Assembly: GCA_965178125.1 (NCBI GenBank)
Contig: OZ237739.1
Location: 310,001 to 374,000, forward strand
From: Bilabrum cf. latius
Lineage: Eukaryota
Length of the DNA stretch: 64,000 bases
Direction of reading: 5' to 3'
Made by a program: the position numbers and the translations under genes. Shown in pieces: positions 50,818-63,100 of this stretch (its first letter is position 1; each line of letters opens with the position of its first letter). The notes beneath the pieces are model-generated. The model had not been told where the DNA came from. It made no database searches and was given only the letters and a program-made list of their open reading frames with translations.

Positions 50818-52082
50818 ATGGCTGCTGCCGGTGCTTCCAGTGGATTCGAAGAGTTGAAGCTTCCTGAGCTGGTGAGACAACTGGATCTAACAGAGACCAG
50901 ATGCGTTAAGAGTTCGTGCCAGCCATGGTTTTCTCCCCGCTGACAACTGCACGCACAGCCGCGATGCGTCCGAAATTCGCTGACCCTGACCCCGCAGCCC
51001 TACAAGTACGACGCATTGGAACCTCACATCGATGAAGGTACCATGGTAAGCATGTTCCTGCAATGTTGCCTGCCGGACTGTCGGAACACTTGGACTGATG
51101 CAAACATGCTCCTGCCGCCAGCTCCCTGTACCACCCCGGCTTCTCGCAGAAGTGAGCCTGTTCAACTTATTACCTCCTGGTACAGCAATGCGGCTGCCTT
51201 GAAAATGGTTCAGGAAACCGCAGCGATCGAGCACGTGCCACGTCACCTGGCGGCTCAGCGATCTTCTAGATGCATCAAGGCAGAAGCCACAAAAATATAT
51301 CGCTCACAGCTATTTTTAGCATCCGAACAGTTTCTTTTTGTTGATATCCATGTAACTGTACATTAATTTTCGATTTTTGTGCCCGCAGGCTGCACCACAT
51401 GGCCCACCACAAGGGGTACACGACCAAGACCAACGCAGCCCTGGGCACGCTCGCCAAGCTCGACGCCGATGCCGCGAAGAAGCCTATCGATGAGATTCTG
51501 CAGAACCTCGACAAGCTGCCCGCCGAGGTGCAGGGCCCCCTCCGCAACGCCGGAGGCGGCTACGTCAACCACGCCCTGTTCTGGACCGTGATGGGCCCCG
51601 GATGCGGAGGAGACCCCGCCGGTCCCCTCGGCGAGGCCATCACCGCGCGCTTCGGATCCGTCCAGAAGTTCCGTGAGGACTTCAGCGCCGCCGCCGCCAA
51701 GGTTTTCGGCTCCGGATGGGCCTGGCTGTACGTGGACACGACCGGCGAGACCCCCAAGCTGGAGATCTGCGCCACCCCCAACCAGGACACCCCGGCCATG
51801 GAGGCGGGCAAGCTGCCCATCCTGGGCCTGGACGTGTGGGAGCATGCCTACTGTGAGTCTAGCCGGCTGCTTCCCCTTCTGCGCTTGCGATTCGCGACTG
51901 TCTCCCCGCCTTTGCGGCTTTATGCTCCGACACACTCTCGTACTGTCTTGTCTTTCCTTTGGTGCATCCCATGTCGCGCAGACAAGAAGTACGGCCCCAA
52001 GCGCGCCGAGTACATTGCCGCTTTCTGGGCAGTTGTCAACTGGGAGGAGGTCGCCCGCCGGTACGAGGAGGCCAGCAAGTGA
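50818..52082 (+). CDS. SOD2: Fe/Mn superoxide dismutase, Mn-type signature; 5 exons including an inferred 2-nt microexon
   Basis: Exons 50818-50871, 50998-51045, 51150-51151, 51389-51852 and 51982-52082 give [33 protein letters not shown]...RNAGGGYVNHALFW...FGSGWAWL...TPNQD...LGLDVWEHAYYKKY...VVNW. The GGG motif and TPNQD are the Mn-type pattern. Ends TGA. Confidence 0.93.
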
Positions 52083-52475
52083 TTGGTGAACGGAAAAGCG
52101 CGGAGACGCCGCCGTACAGGTGCCCATTGAATAGAACCGCGACGATGAGCCGGGGACAGGTTTGTTGGAGTCTCGCCAAGCCAAGCTCTGATTAGGGCCT
52201 GATTGTTGCCCACCCGCCCTGCTGGACGGATGTTGCAACCTAACTTGTGTGATTGCTCGCTCACATCCCTAGAGAGAATGGTCGCCAGCAACCATCGCCA
52301 CATCCCAGCGCTTCCACATCAACACCGAACCCCATGCGGCGTTTTGAATATCACTGTTAATTGCTTACAGTACGAAGCACGCGTAAATCTACGCCCTCGA
52401 GCGTCTAGTGCCGTTCAATGCATTTCAATGTGCGTTGCCGCGCCTTGCCGCCTGATCTTAAATCATCGACAAGAT

Positions 52476-55400
52476 TCACGAGCGCGACGTCAGCCGGGTC
52501 GCGCTCACTCCTCGCCGCAGCATGTTGCTCGGCACACCGCCGCGCTGCCCAGCCAAGGATCCCCCAGTTCCTCGCGTTTGCTGCGCAGCGCCCACCAGAC
52601 CAACCACCTGCATGCCAACCGACTGCCCCGCACCGGCCGCAGACTCCCCCGCCGTCTGCATAGTCCTCGACATAGAGCGAGCACCCGCACCACCGGGCGA
52701 GCCAGGTCTAGATAGCGTGGATCGAGCCGGCAGGCGGGGAGCCTGCGGCGCAGCGACAGCGCGGTGTCTATCTCTCGCTCCAGCAACGGCCGCTGCCCTG
52801 TGCCTCCGTCGAGCAGCAGGCAAGATGCCAAGCTCTGCCAGCAGCTGCTGCGTGCCGGACGACAAGGGGGCACGCAGCCGGTCCAGCTGCTCTTCTGTCT
52901 AGTCGTGGAAGCTTCTGGACCCTGACCCTTTCGATCGCCCGCGGGGGCCATCTGACTTGTCGTGGCGGCGTGACTACCTATCTTGCTGCTGCTGCTGCTG
53001 CTGCTGCTCCATAGCCCGCAGAGAAGGCCCCCTGTGAAGCCGCGGGGCGCCATCGAGGCGACTGGAATGGTCCCGTGCACTAGCGTCGCCCCTTCTCCCG
53101 ATGTTGCCATGAGCCTCTGTTCTCGGCGCAGACACCCCGCCGGCAAACCCTGGGGCTCGAAGCGCGCCTCTCTGCGTGCTCATGCTCCGCCCCTGGACCA
53201 GTCGACTGGCCCGGCCCCAAGCCGAGCTGTGGGCTGCGGCCGGCAGCTGCATGCCACTGCCGGAGCGCCTCGCTTGCTGCTGCCGCTCGGGCTGCTTGTC
53301 CTGCAGTTCGATGGTGGTGGCAGACCCCAGAGCCACCACAGGCAGAGCTTTTGCAACCAGGCTGCGGACAGGGGCGGCTCTTCCGGCCCGCGTGCTGCGA
53401 GCGGTGCTGCGACTCCTGGCCGGACGGTTCCCAGCCGAGGCACTAGCGTGCTGCTGCCTGCCCATCGCGCGCTCAGCGTGAAGATCAAACCGAATCAAGG
53501 ATGCTGCGCTGTCATGACCAGCCGTCCCAGCTGCACCTGGACGCACTCGAACGGGAGAGCGAGGCGGCATGCCCTGCACCCTAACCCTGTCCCCCTTGCC
53601 AGCTGATCCGTCAACACCTGCTGCCGCGGCAAACGGAGGACTCACGCCGGGCCGTCGTCCACTGACTGGCCGACCGCTGCTAGTTGCTGACATAGCGGCC
53701 GATCCAGGCCTGATTCCCGACGCCGGCCTGGGCCTGGGCCGCGATCGCGATCGAGAGGATCTCACGGAGCCTCGCGCCGACATGTACCCCGGCTGCTGCT
53801 CCCGCTTTCCGTTCGCGTCTCCCATAAACCGGCCAAGGAAGGCGAGATCCTCGTCAACGGCACGCTTGAGCTGCTCCGCGTCAGACAGGCTCGGCCTGCC
53901 GCGGCCGACGTCCCACTGGCTTGCCGTGGCAGCTGACTGAGGCCTCCGCCGGAATCGAGGGGGTACCCCTCCAGCAGCGTCTTTGCTGTCGTAGACAAAC
54001 AGCTACTTCCCAGCGCTATCTTCTTTGCTGTGGGCGCTCCCGTCACCACCCAGCCCACGCGCTGATCGAAAGCCTGCCCGACCGCTCGCTGTGGCCCGCC
54101 AGCCGGGCTCGGCACTTCCCTGCGCGGCGCTGCTCCCGGCCATGCGGGGCAGGGACAGCTGCGGGACAGCGCCTGCGCGGCGGCCGTGCTGTGGAGGAGG
54201 GCTCTGCTCCGCGGCGCCGTCGCCATGCTTCGATGCATCGCCAGTCTCCCCGAAATGACGACGAGTACCGCCACCGGCAAAGGGAGGCCGCCCGTTGCCG
54301 ATCAAGAGCCGTCGCACGGCTTCCGCCTTGGCTTGCCTATCCGTGTCATGGTCAATGTTCGTGCTGTCGTCGCCCGCTCCAGAAGAAGGCGAAGAGGCAC
54401 CAGACGAGGCGACACCGAGTGGTCTCTATGCTGAGGAGGAGGCCGTTCGCTTCTCTTCCTGCGGCTCTTCGGCACCTTCATCGTCGTCGTCGTCGTCATC
54501 GCCATCACCAGCCTTTCCTCCACCCTTCGCCTTGCCCCACCACCCGGCCCCGCCCTGCTGCCCGGAAATCTCCTCGTGCAGCAGCGTCCTCGCTCCGCCC
54601 AGCAGCCGATCGTACTCATCCATCCTATCAAAGAGCAGCCTGCGGTAGTCCCCTCGGGCCAGGCGCTGGACCGCGCCCGCGGTCACGCTATCATCGATGG
54701 GCGGGGGCAGCTCCTCCCCCTCTAGCAAGGTAGAATCAGGACGCACTGGGCCGAGTCGGCGGCTGGCTGGGGCCGCGGCATGCGAGACCTGCTCGCCCCC
54801 TGAAGCAGCAGCAGCAGCAGCAGTAGCAGCATCAACATCAACATCACCATCACCATCACCACTGCCAGTGCCAGTGCCTGCGTGAGTGCCGTGGCCGCCA
54901 GCACCGCCGGCGGCGCGGCCTCCCTGTGTGGCGGCACGGCCCGTCCGCTGCTCCATTTCCTGCTGCTTCTACTGCTTAGCTTCCTGGCTCGACTGCAGCC
55001 TCGCCACCGCTGCCCAGCCGTGTTCCCCAACCTCTGGCATCCACGGCTGCTGCCACTGGTCACCCTTTTCGCTTCCGAACACCGGGAAAATCCTGCGATA
55101 TCGCTTCAGCACTTGTCTCTCGAGCCGTTTACGTCTCCTCATGATCAGCTCCCCCACGCTCGGCTGCGCGGGCGCGCTCGCGGCAGACGAACCCGCAGCC
55201 GCACCCGCTTCACCCTGCTGTGATGCCCCGCTTGCCTTGCGGCCAACTTCAGATTCGCCTGCTTCTCCTACGCTCCCGCTCCCGGTCCTTGCCGCATTCA
55301 TTGCCAGCTCCGCGGCGAGAGCGACTGCTGCCACGGAGCCCCTCTTGGGCGTGGCAGCGTACAGGCGTGACCGCGTGGCAGCAGACTGCATTCTAGTGTG

Positions 55401-56648
55401 ACGAGCGCGATCGGTGCCTTTGAGGCCGAGCATGGCCATGGTCTCTCCGATGAGTGCGTACTTGATGTCCCTGTCGATGGGCGCGTCGCAGGTCAGTGAG
55501 GGGCTCGTGTTGACTTCGATGAGCCAGGGCTTGAGCTTCGTGTCGAACATGACGTCAAGCCCCAGGATCTCGAAGCACGTGTGGCTCGTGTGCGACTCGC
55601 CAGTCTGCCCGCCTACTGAAGTGGCGGATCGGAGGGTGCGAGCCAGCCACGGCTGCGTGGCGATCAGCAGCTTGATGGTCAGGTCTGCCACGCTGGACCA
55701 CATCTTGGCCGAATCGTGGCCCTGGGACTCAAGCCAAGCCAGGAACCAGGAAATAGAGCGCTTGTTGCCTTCTCCCGCGAGGGAGAGCTCAGTGTTCTTT
55801 GTGTACCCTTCTGCTGACTTATTCACGGAATAGTTCGTGAGGTGCACCGTGCGATCTCCGAGATTTTTCTTGGTCGGGGCCACATATGGCACGGACGCAA
55901 GCCGAACGAGGCCATCCTCGAAGAGGTAGATGCGCAAGGGGTCACAGCACGTCACTAGTACATAGATTCGAAGGTCAAACTTGTATCCATCTATCAGCAG
56001 TGGCTTGGCCAAGTATCGCTACGCAACCATTGGGACGTCTGAATCTAAATCGGCCAAGTTCCTGGTGAGCATGATACCTCTGCCCTATGCACCCTGCGGA
56101 AAGTTATTGACTTAATAATTCAATTGAAAATCCTTGCTATATCATCAATACGAACGACCGGGGCAAACCAAGTCGGGAGTTGCCGTTGGTCTCACCACTG
56201 ACGGCTTCAGTATATAAGTCTTCTTGCTCCTGCCCCTCGCATCGAAGTTCAACCTGAATCGACCCATTTCTTGCGGTAATATGTACGTGAAGGGGTGGAA
56301 CGAGTACTCGACTGGAAATCGGGCCTTCATGGCGTTCAACGTACGTCCAAGAGCCGCCTTGTGCGCGATTCGTTGCATGCCAGCGAAGTGATTTATCATC
56401 TGGAAATTCTTCAGTGGAACCACTTTATCTGTTCCTATGCTGACGTCCACCCATCGCACCGAAAAATTCTTTGAGGTTTCGCTGCTAGACACTTTCCACC
56501 CGAGGGCTCGTGCGCAATCTCGAACTGCCGTATACTTGCATTCGTTGACGTTGACAATCACGCTGGGTGCCTTGCGTGTTTTCTCCTTTTTGGAGGTCGA
56601 ACCATCGTGGTCTTCGTCGCCTGCCTTGGCAGGCATTGGAATGTTCAT
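52476..56648 (-). CDS. Tubulin polyglutamylase (TTLL6/7/13-like) with long low-complexity C-tail
   Basis: QMINHFAGM, FHPFTYILP, YILKPSV|GA*GRGI, MVA*RYLAKPLLIDGYKFDLRIYVLV, VHLTNYSVNK and CFEILGLDVMFDTKLKPWLIEVNTSPS. Intron 56094-56195. Downstream ORFs join via TAG to TGA 52476. The start Met could be 56648 or 56636. Confidence 0.9.
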
Positions 56649-56787
56649 CCACACAGCCACGAGCCAAACGGCAACTGGTCATCATCCAAGTCCGTCGCAC
56701 GACGCTCTGCAGCACAGCTACATGCTACATAATATCAGTTGCGACTGGCTAACGTACCACCATCCGGTCCTTTACACGCAAAACCCA

Positions 56788-59700
56788 TCATTTCTTAATC
56801 CCGTACACATGCCCCGCCTCCGTGCTGAACACCAGAGACCCCTGGGCCTGCCCTGGGCCCACCCGCACCGGCGCCCCTCCCGCCGTCTCGTCCACCACCT
56901 TGGGTCCCTCAAACGGAGGGTAAAAGGCGAAGGCGCCGCCCACCGTGGAGGTCACGTTCACGCTCACCAGAGGGGCATCAAAGCTCAGCTTGAACCCGCC
57001 CCTAGACCGCAGCCCCCTCACCTTGGCGGGTCTTGTCGCGTCCCACGCAGGCAGGAACTCCGCCGTCGCGCTATCCACGTCTGCCAGCAGATTGATAACG
57101 GCGTCCACTGCGCCCATCTGCTCCAGCCCTCCTCCTCCTAGGCTGGGCCAGTAATTCGGGTTCATTGTCTTCAGCAGGGCGCCCTCGAACGCCTGAAGCA
57201 ACGACGCGCTGCAGTCCCCGTTGTCGCAAAGGCGGGCCGCCGCCGGCCACGCGGAGCACAGGCCGTTCTGAGGCCTCCACCCCGATTTGTTCCCCAGCGC
57301 CCACGCCGTTCGGTTGAATGCCTGCATCAGCTCCACGTCCTGGGACCGCCGAGTCACCACGCGCCCGGGGTACACCGGCATCGTGTCCACCAGCGGCGTG
57401 TTGTAGTTCCCGTACGGTGGCACCACCTCGCCCTCGGGCGTCATGCCGCTCGCCACCTGAGGCTCGGAATCAGACGTGAGCGCGAACGGCGCCAGCGAGT
57501 CACGCACCGCCCGCCACCTCTGGATCTTGCTGGCGTTCTGCATGCCGGCGGCGGCCGCCAGGTCAATGGACTGCGTCAGCATGTAGCGGGCTAGGCCCAA
57601 GTCGGCCGACACCTGCAGCTCGTAGGGCGGCGAGGGCCCCCCCGTCCGCTGGTGGCAGGACTCCTGACCGCATGAAGGGATCAAGTCGAGCCAGGACGAG
57701 TTCGTGGGCGACTGCACGGCGTACGACGCGTAAAAGTCCGCAACGCCAGTGACCCAAGGGTACACCGTCTCACGCAGCAGCGTGTTGTTCATCGTGTGCA
57801 TATACCAGTCCACGAGCGGGGCGGCAAACATGGCCGCGGGCCATCGGTTGCCCCAGTCGGTGTAGAAGCCCTGTCCGCCGAAGGGGCCGCACGAGTTCGG
57901 TGCCGAGAGCCCCTGAAAGGAAGTGGGGTCCGGGAACCCGATGCTGGTTCGTGACACCGACATGGTCACGTCCGCCGTTCCCGTGCCCAGCGAATGAGCA
58001 TGTGGCGAACCGCCCACGGACCAGTTCACGCCGGTCCTCAGCTTGGACATGTTGTACAGCACGCCCGCGAAATCGGCGTATGGCTCGAACAGCTCAAGTC
58101 GGCCGAGAGCAGAGGCGCCGAACATGTTGGCCTCCACGTTGTAGCTGCGGGAACAGAGAGGAGAGCAAGAAGGCATTTAACCATGCAATACCATACACAA
58201 ATCAAGCAGGAATTGCAAGAAGCTGCTCGCGAAAGGAAAGCAAGCCATCCACAGCAACAAGCACTCACTCGATCGTGACATCGTCCCGCCAGCCAGCAGG
58301 ATCAAGGTTGTTGAAGGGACCCCACAGCGACGGCACCACGCCGCCGCTCTGTCCTGACGCGCCGCGCAGGTAGTCCATTCCCACCAAGAAACCGTCCAGC
58401 ACACAACCGGGAGCGCTGCTGCCGGTTGCCCCGCCGTCGCAGACGGTGCCGTCAGGCAGCAAATCGATCACGCTGCCCTCCCACCACGCGTCCCACCACG
58501 CATCGTGCGCCTTGCGGGCCTCATCAGGACCAGGGAACTGCATCACCTCGGACTCGGCGAGGGCAGCGGCCGGGAAATCGTGCGAGCCCGGCGCAGGGGG
58601 CGGGGGCGGCGGCTGCGTCGGATGGTCCCGCGCCGTGGCTGCTTGCACCACCACAACGAAGTCTTGCTGGTCCTGATCACAGTTGAAAAACGAGACCACG
58701 TTCGAGGCGCTCACCGCTGGGCTCTGCGCCGGCACCGCGTCAACCCACGAGCCCGACGATTTCTCCTGCACAAGCACTCTCATGGCAAGAGCCACGTCGC
58801 GGTCGGACAGCTCCGGGACGGAAATCAGGCAGCCCTCGCCGCTAGTGAGGCACACCCACTGCCAGCCATCGCTTGCAGGAGCATCACCTGGTGCCAGATT
58901 GTCCGCAGGAGCTGCTTGCGAGTACCAGCCGTGGGTGCTGCTGCTGTTGCAGCTGGTCAGCCACAGCGTGCTCCCGTTGGTATTGGAATCCACGCACATC
59001 CGGTCATCCGATGACAGCGCGGAGCTCGAGCTCGGGTTCCACACGAGCTGGTCCTGCTTTGAGCCATCGCTGCCGGGCATGCTCCATGTCCCGGCCTGCG
59101 CTACCGGCTCGCTGCATGCCAGTGTCACCACAGGCACCATGGCACTGCTGCTATTTACGTACGCAAAGGCCCATGGTGCAAGCGGCTCATTGTCTGGTAG
59201 AGGTGCGAGGCACTGCGGGCCTGGGCGGGCGGGTTCGAACGACAGTGGGCCATCTGACCTCGATTCCAGCTGGGAGGTCTGGGCGTCAAGCCTGAGCTCC
59301 CGCACGCCGCGCAGCAGTCCCTGGGACGGCGTGGCGGATCCTAGCACAGCGGGCGCGTACCTCGCGTAATTGCTGCGTCGCACCACGGTGTACACGCTCC
59401 CCCGCACGCCGGCCCACGTCGGCAGCCCGTGGTCCAGGCCCTTGAACTGAGCTTTCGCCGGGCTCCCCGCTGGCACCCTGAGATCAAAGCCCACTTGGGG
59501 CAGACCGGTGACGCTGACTCGCGCTACAAAGGTGCGCGTGCGGGCCTGCACAAAAGACTCTGTGATTGAGATGTTCTCAGCTCCGCTGCTCGACGCCATG
59601 CTGGCGGTGACAACGGCCGGCTGGAACGACTGCGTGCCTGCTACGCTTCCGACTTCGTGCAAGTCTGGCGCCCCGAATGCCAATGATCCCACAGCGAGGT

Positions 59701-59980
59701 GTTGGAAAAGCCACCCGTCTCCTCCTTGGAAAATCGCATCGCTCCAAACGTCGTTCTTGCCAAAATAGGCTGCGATCGAAGTGTCCTCATCGCCGCCAGA
59801 TCCAGGCAAGCTGAAAACCGCACCAAAGTCTCCACCAGCGGTCAACGGGCCATCGCTTACTTGCTTAGATGGTGTGTGTGTCGTTGGGCTGTTCCAAATG
59901 CCAACATGAGACGAGGGATGGCCCCGCGAGGCACGCAATGCAAACAGTACGACGGCCACTGCTTGCAACTCTAGCCGCAT
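56788..59980 (-). CDS. Secreted GH95-like (alpha-L-fucosidase-like) glycoside hydrolase with a ricin-B-like lectin insert, 2 exons
   Basis: Signal peptide, then DGPLTAGGDFG, YFGKNDVW, AHDAWWDAWW, PSLWGPF...WRDDVTID|YNVEAN, LLRETVYPW...VADFY and FLPAW...LRSRGGF. Intron 58145-58268. Ends TGA. Confidence 0.75.
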
Positions 59981-60176
59981 GACAGAAACTAGACGATTGA
60001 GCGGCGGACAGGAACTCAGCGATAGGTATTCCGCCTAGCTGAAGTGTGGTATCTTCAGACCCTCCTGTAAATACAGATTCTCTATCAAAATGTTACGTTA
60101 CTACACAATCAATGTCAAAATCGGCATGTCGGTTTTGCGAGAAGTGACAGAGCATCTCGCCTCCCAAACAGCCTCC

Positions 60177-63100
60177 TTAGTCCTCATCCATCTCAAACTC
60201 ATCCTCGGCCTGCCCCACCAGAGCCTCCACCAGGTCCATGTCGCCACCCTCTGCCCCTGCCAAGGCAGCCTCCAGGTCGAAGGCATCGCCAGACAGCCCG
60301 CCGTCCTCGTCATGCTCTGCCCCCCGACTAAAGTCAGCGCTCCCACGGTCTGTACCGCTCGCACCAGGCAATGGCGGCAGCGACGTCTGCGACTGCTTTC
60401 CGGCACCGAAGGCCCCCCTACTACCCGAGGCCAAAGCGCCGCTCTGCTCACTAGACCTGCCAGTCGTGGAGGTCTGCGCCCCGGAGGCTTCGCGACTTCG
60501 TTCAGCGGATTCTTCGAGCCTTTGCTCCTCTTGATCACGGAGGCTCCTCGCTGCGGCTGCCAGCCCGCCCGAGTGCTCTCCCGAAGCCACCGACGATCTC
60601 CTCCTGCCGCCCTTCTTCTTCTTGTGCTTCTTTCTCTTCTTGCCGCTCGAGTCCCCGCCGACCTCCCCGCCGGCTGCATCTGCGTCATCCTGCGAGCTTA
60701 CTACGGAAGACCGCCTCCGCCTGCGGTGCTTCTTTTTCTTCTTGTCGCCGTCGGCACCGTCAGCACCGTCAGCCTCCCCGCCTGCCGCGATGGAGGACCG
60801 TCTCCTCCTCCTCTTGTGCTTTTTGGTGGTCTTGCTCGTTGTGGTGACCACCTTATTGCCGTCAGCGTCCTCGTCCTCCGCCTCTTCGCCGTCCTCGTAC
60901 GTGTGGTACGTGGTGGTGGTCGTGGTTGTCGTTGTCGTCTGAGAAGACGAGCCGCCGCCATGTCCGCCGCCGCTGCCGTCCTGGGCCAGCATCGCGGCAG
61001 CCATCGCGAGTGCATCCTCGCCCTGAACCTCGTCGGCGCCTGCTGCACCTCGCGCTCTGCCGCGCGTGCTTGTGCCCGCACCATCGCCGCCCGAGCCGGC
61101 AGAACCTGCGGACCCTGACGACGTCTCTCGTCCTCGAGCCCCAGCGCTCGTGCTGCTCACGTCGCGCGAAACATCCCGAGAATTCAGACCGTCCTCGTCC
61201 TCGTCAAATCCGTCTTCTGCGTGCTCCACCATCTGCGTCAAAATGTCGAGGTCACCGCCAAGCCCAAAGTCCATGTCGTCTTCTATTTCGCCGTCACCGA
61301 GCCCAGCGCCCTCCCCGCTCCCGCCTCGAGAACCGCCGGTGGCTCCTGCAATGTCGGGAAGAAGAGACGCCCGGCGCTTCTTCCCGCCCGAGCTGGCACC
61401 AGCGGAATCTCGTCCGGCGCCAAGGCGCTCCTTGGACGCTTCAGCAAGAGCATCTGCTGCCTTGTTCGATGTGTCAGCTTCCGCAGCATCTTCAGGAGCA
61501 CTGCCACGCTGCCGCCAACCCGCGCTGCGCACTGGCCCGCTGTTCTCTGCACGGCCCAGCTCCGGCTCGGCATCGACCGCGGGATCGGCAGCAGCACTGC
61601 GCTCACCGCCGCTTTGGTCTGGCCGGATAGGCGCTGCGTTTGTGCTAGCCGAGAGTCCTTCCAGCATGTCTGCCACTCGCTGGTCGTTCGCATCTGCAGC
61701 CGGCGACTCGCGGCCGCTCCCTTGCTCCTGCTGGCCCATACCTCCCATGCCCGGTAGGTCAGGCAGCTTCACGACGGAGCTATTTCTCCTCGCTTTTGAG
61801 TCTTTGCCGATGGCGGCCTCCTTCCCGGCACTCCCGGTTACGTTCTCCTCCTCGTCATCGTCGCCGCTGTCGTCGAACCGGAACATATCGACAGCGCTTT
61901 GCCGGCGGTTGCCGCCCCTGGACTTGGACGAGCCAGCCTCCACGACTTCGTTGCCGTGCGTGTCCGTTCGAGAACTCGTGCTTCCGTGCGTGTCTGTTCG
62001 GCTGTTTGTACCCTTGGACTTGGAGGTCTGACTCCTCCACCGCAAAGAAGCCCGCCGCACCATGGCTGCCTGCTCGGCAACGGATGCCATCGACCCGTGC
62101 GACTTGCCCGACACGTTCACGTCACCTGCACCGAAGAAGCCAGAGCCTGCCCCGACCGCACCAACTGCACCGGCTGGCGTGGTCCCCGCACCCGGTGTCT
62201 TGGGCATCTTGGCGGCCATCTCCGCCGCCATCTGCTCCTCCTCGTCGGGGGCCTCGTGGTCAGCCTCCCTGTCCGCGTTGTCCACTGCCATCGCCACAAG
62301 GTCAAAGTCCTCAAAATCGTCGTCGTCGCCATCGAGGACGATCGCGCCCTCTAGGTCTTGAGAGGCCAGCGAGCCACTCGCCACTGCCGCACTGCGGTCG
62401 CCGTCAGCAGCGCCTTCAGGATCACGCTCTGGCACGCCCTCGAGACCCATGCTGCGGTCGTAGTCCTTCTTCAGCTCGGCCATCTCGTCCTCGTCGATGT
62501 CGCCCTTGCCCTTGTCCTTCTCCAGGGCGTGCGTCGCGGCGCGCAGGTCGATCTGGCTCTGTCTCACCTGTTTCAGAAGGTTCGGTGCCACGTCACCAAC
62601 GCTATGCTCGTTGGCGTCGCCGCTGTCTGTTCGGACGCGGTTGGCGATTGCCATGACAGCGGCATCCACATCATCGCCCTTGCCACCCTTGCCAACCTTT
62701 TCTCCCTTAGCGTTGAAGCCCTCGGGCAGCACCTGGCTGCTGCGCTTGCCCTTGGAGGTATCCCCCCAGTTGCGGAAGAGAGGCAGACCATCGTGCGCCC
62801 GGCAATCCTCAGTGTTCCAATATACCGTGATCGCAACACCCGCAGAAACCCAAATGAGCGTAGCAAGAATGACAATAACGTTGCTGTCATACTGCATGTC
62901 ATTGTTCTCGCGAGACGGCAGCTCGCCGTCTTCGGAGAGATCGCCGACGTCAGGTGCATCTGCAGCATCGGGGATGGCCACGTGTGTGATGAGCAGAAGC
63001 CACGCGATGATGGCTGCGATCACAATCGGCAGGCGGGCAAGGTCGTGCGCGCGCTCGAACGGCAGGGGGTTCTTCAACCACGTGGCGATCGCCAGTGCAG

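Noticed and set aside
51853-51981. 43-aa insertion in SOD after DVWEHAY shown in the ORF track
   Set aside because: It is an in-frame 129-nt GT-AG intron; removing it restores HAYYKKY.
56019-56087. TAG as pyrrolysine, Leu, Tyr or Glu
   Set aside because: The diagnostic conserved columns (TTLL twice, GH31, HDDC2) are Gln, and TAG alternates with CAG in homopolymer runs.
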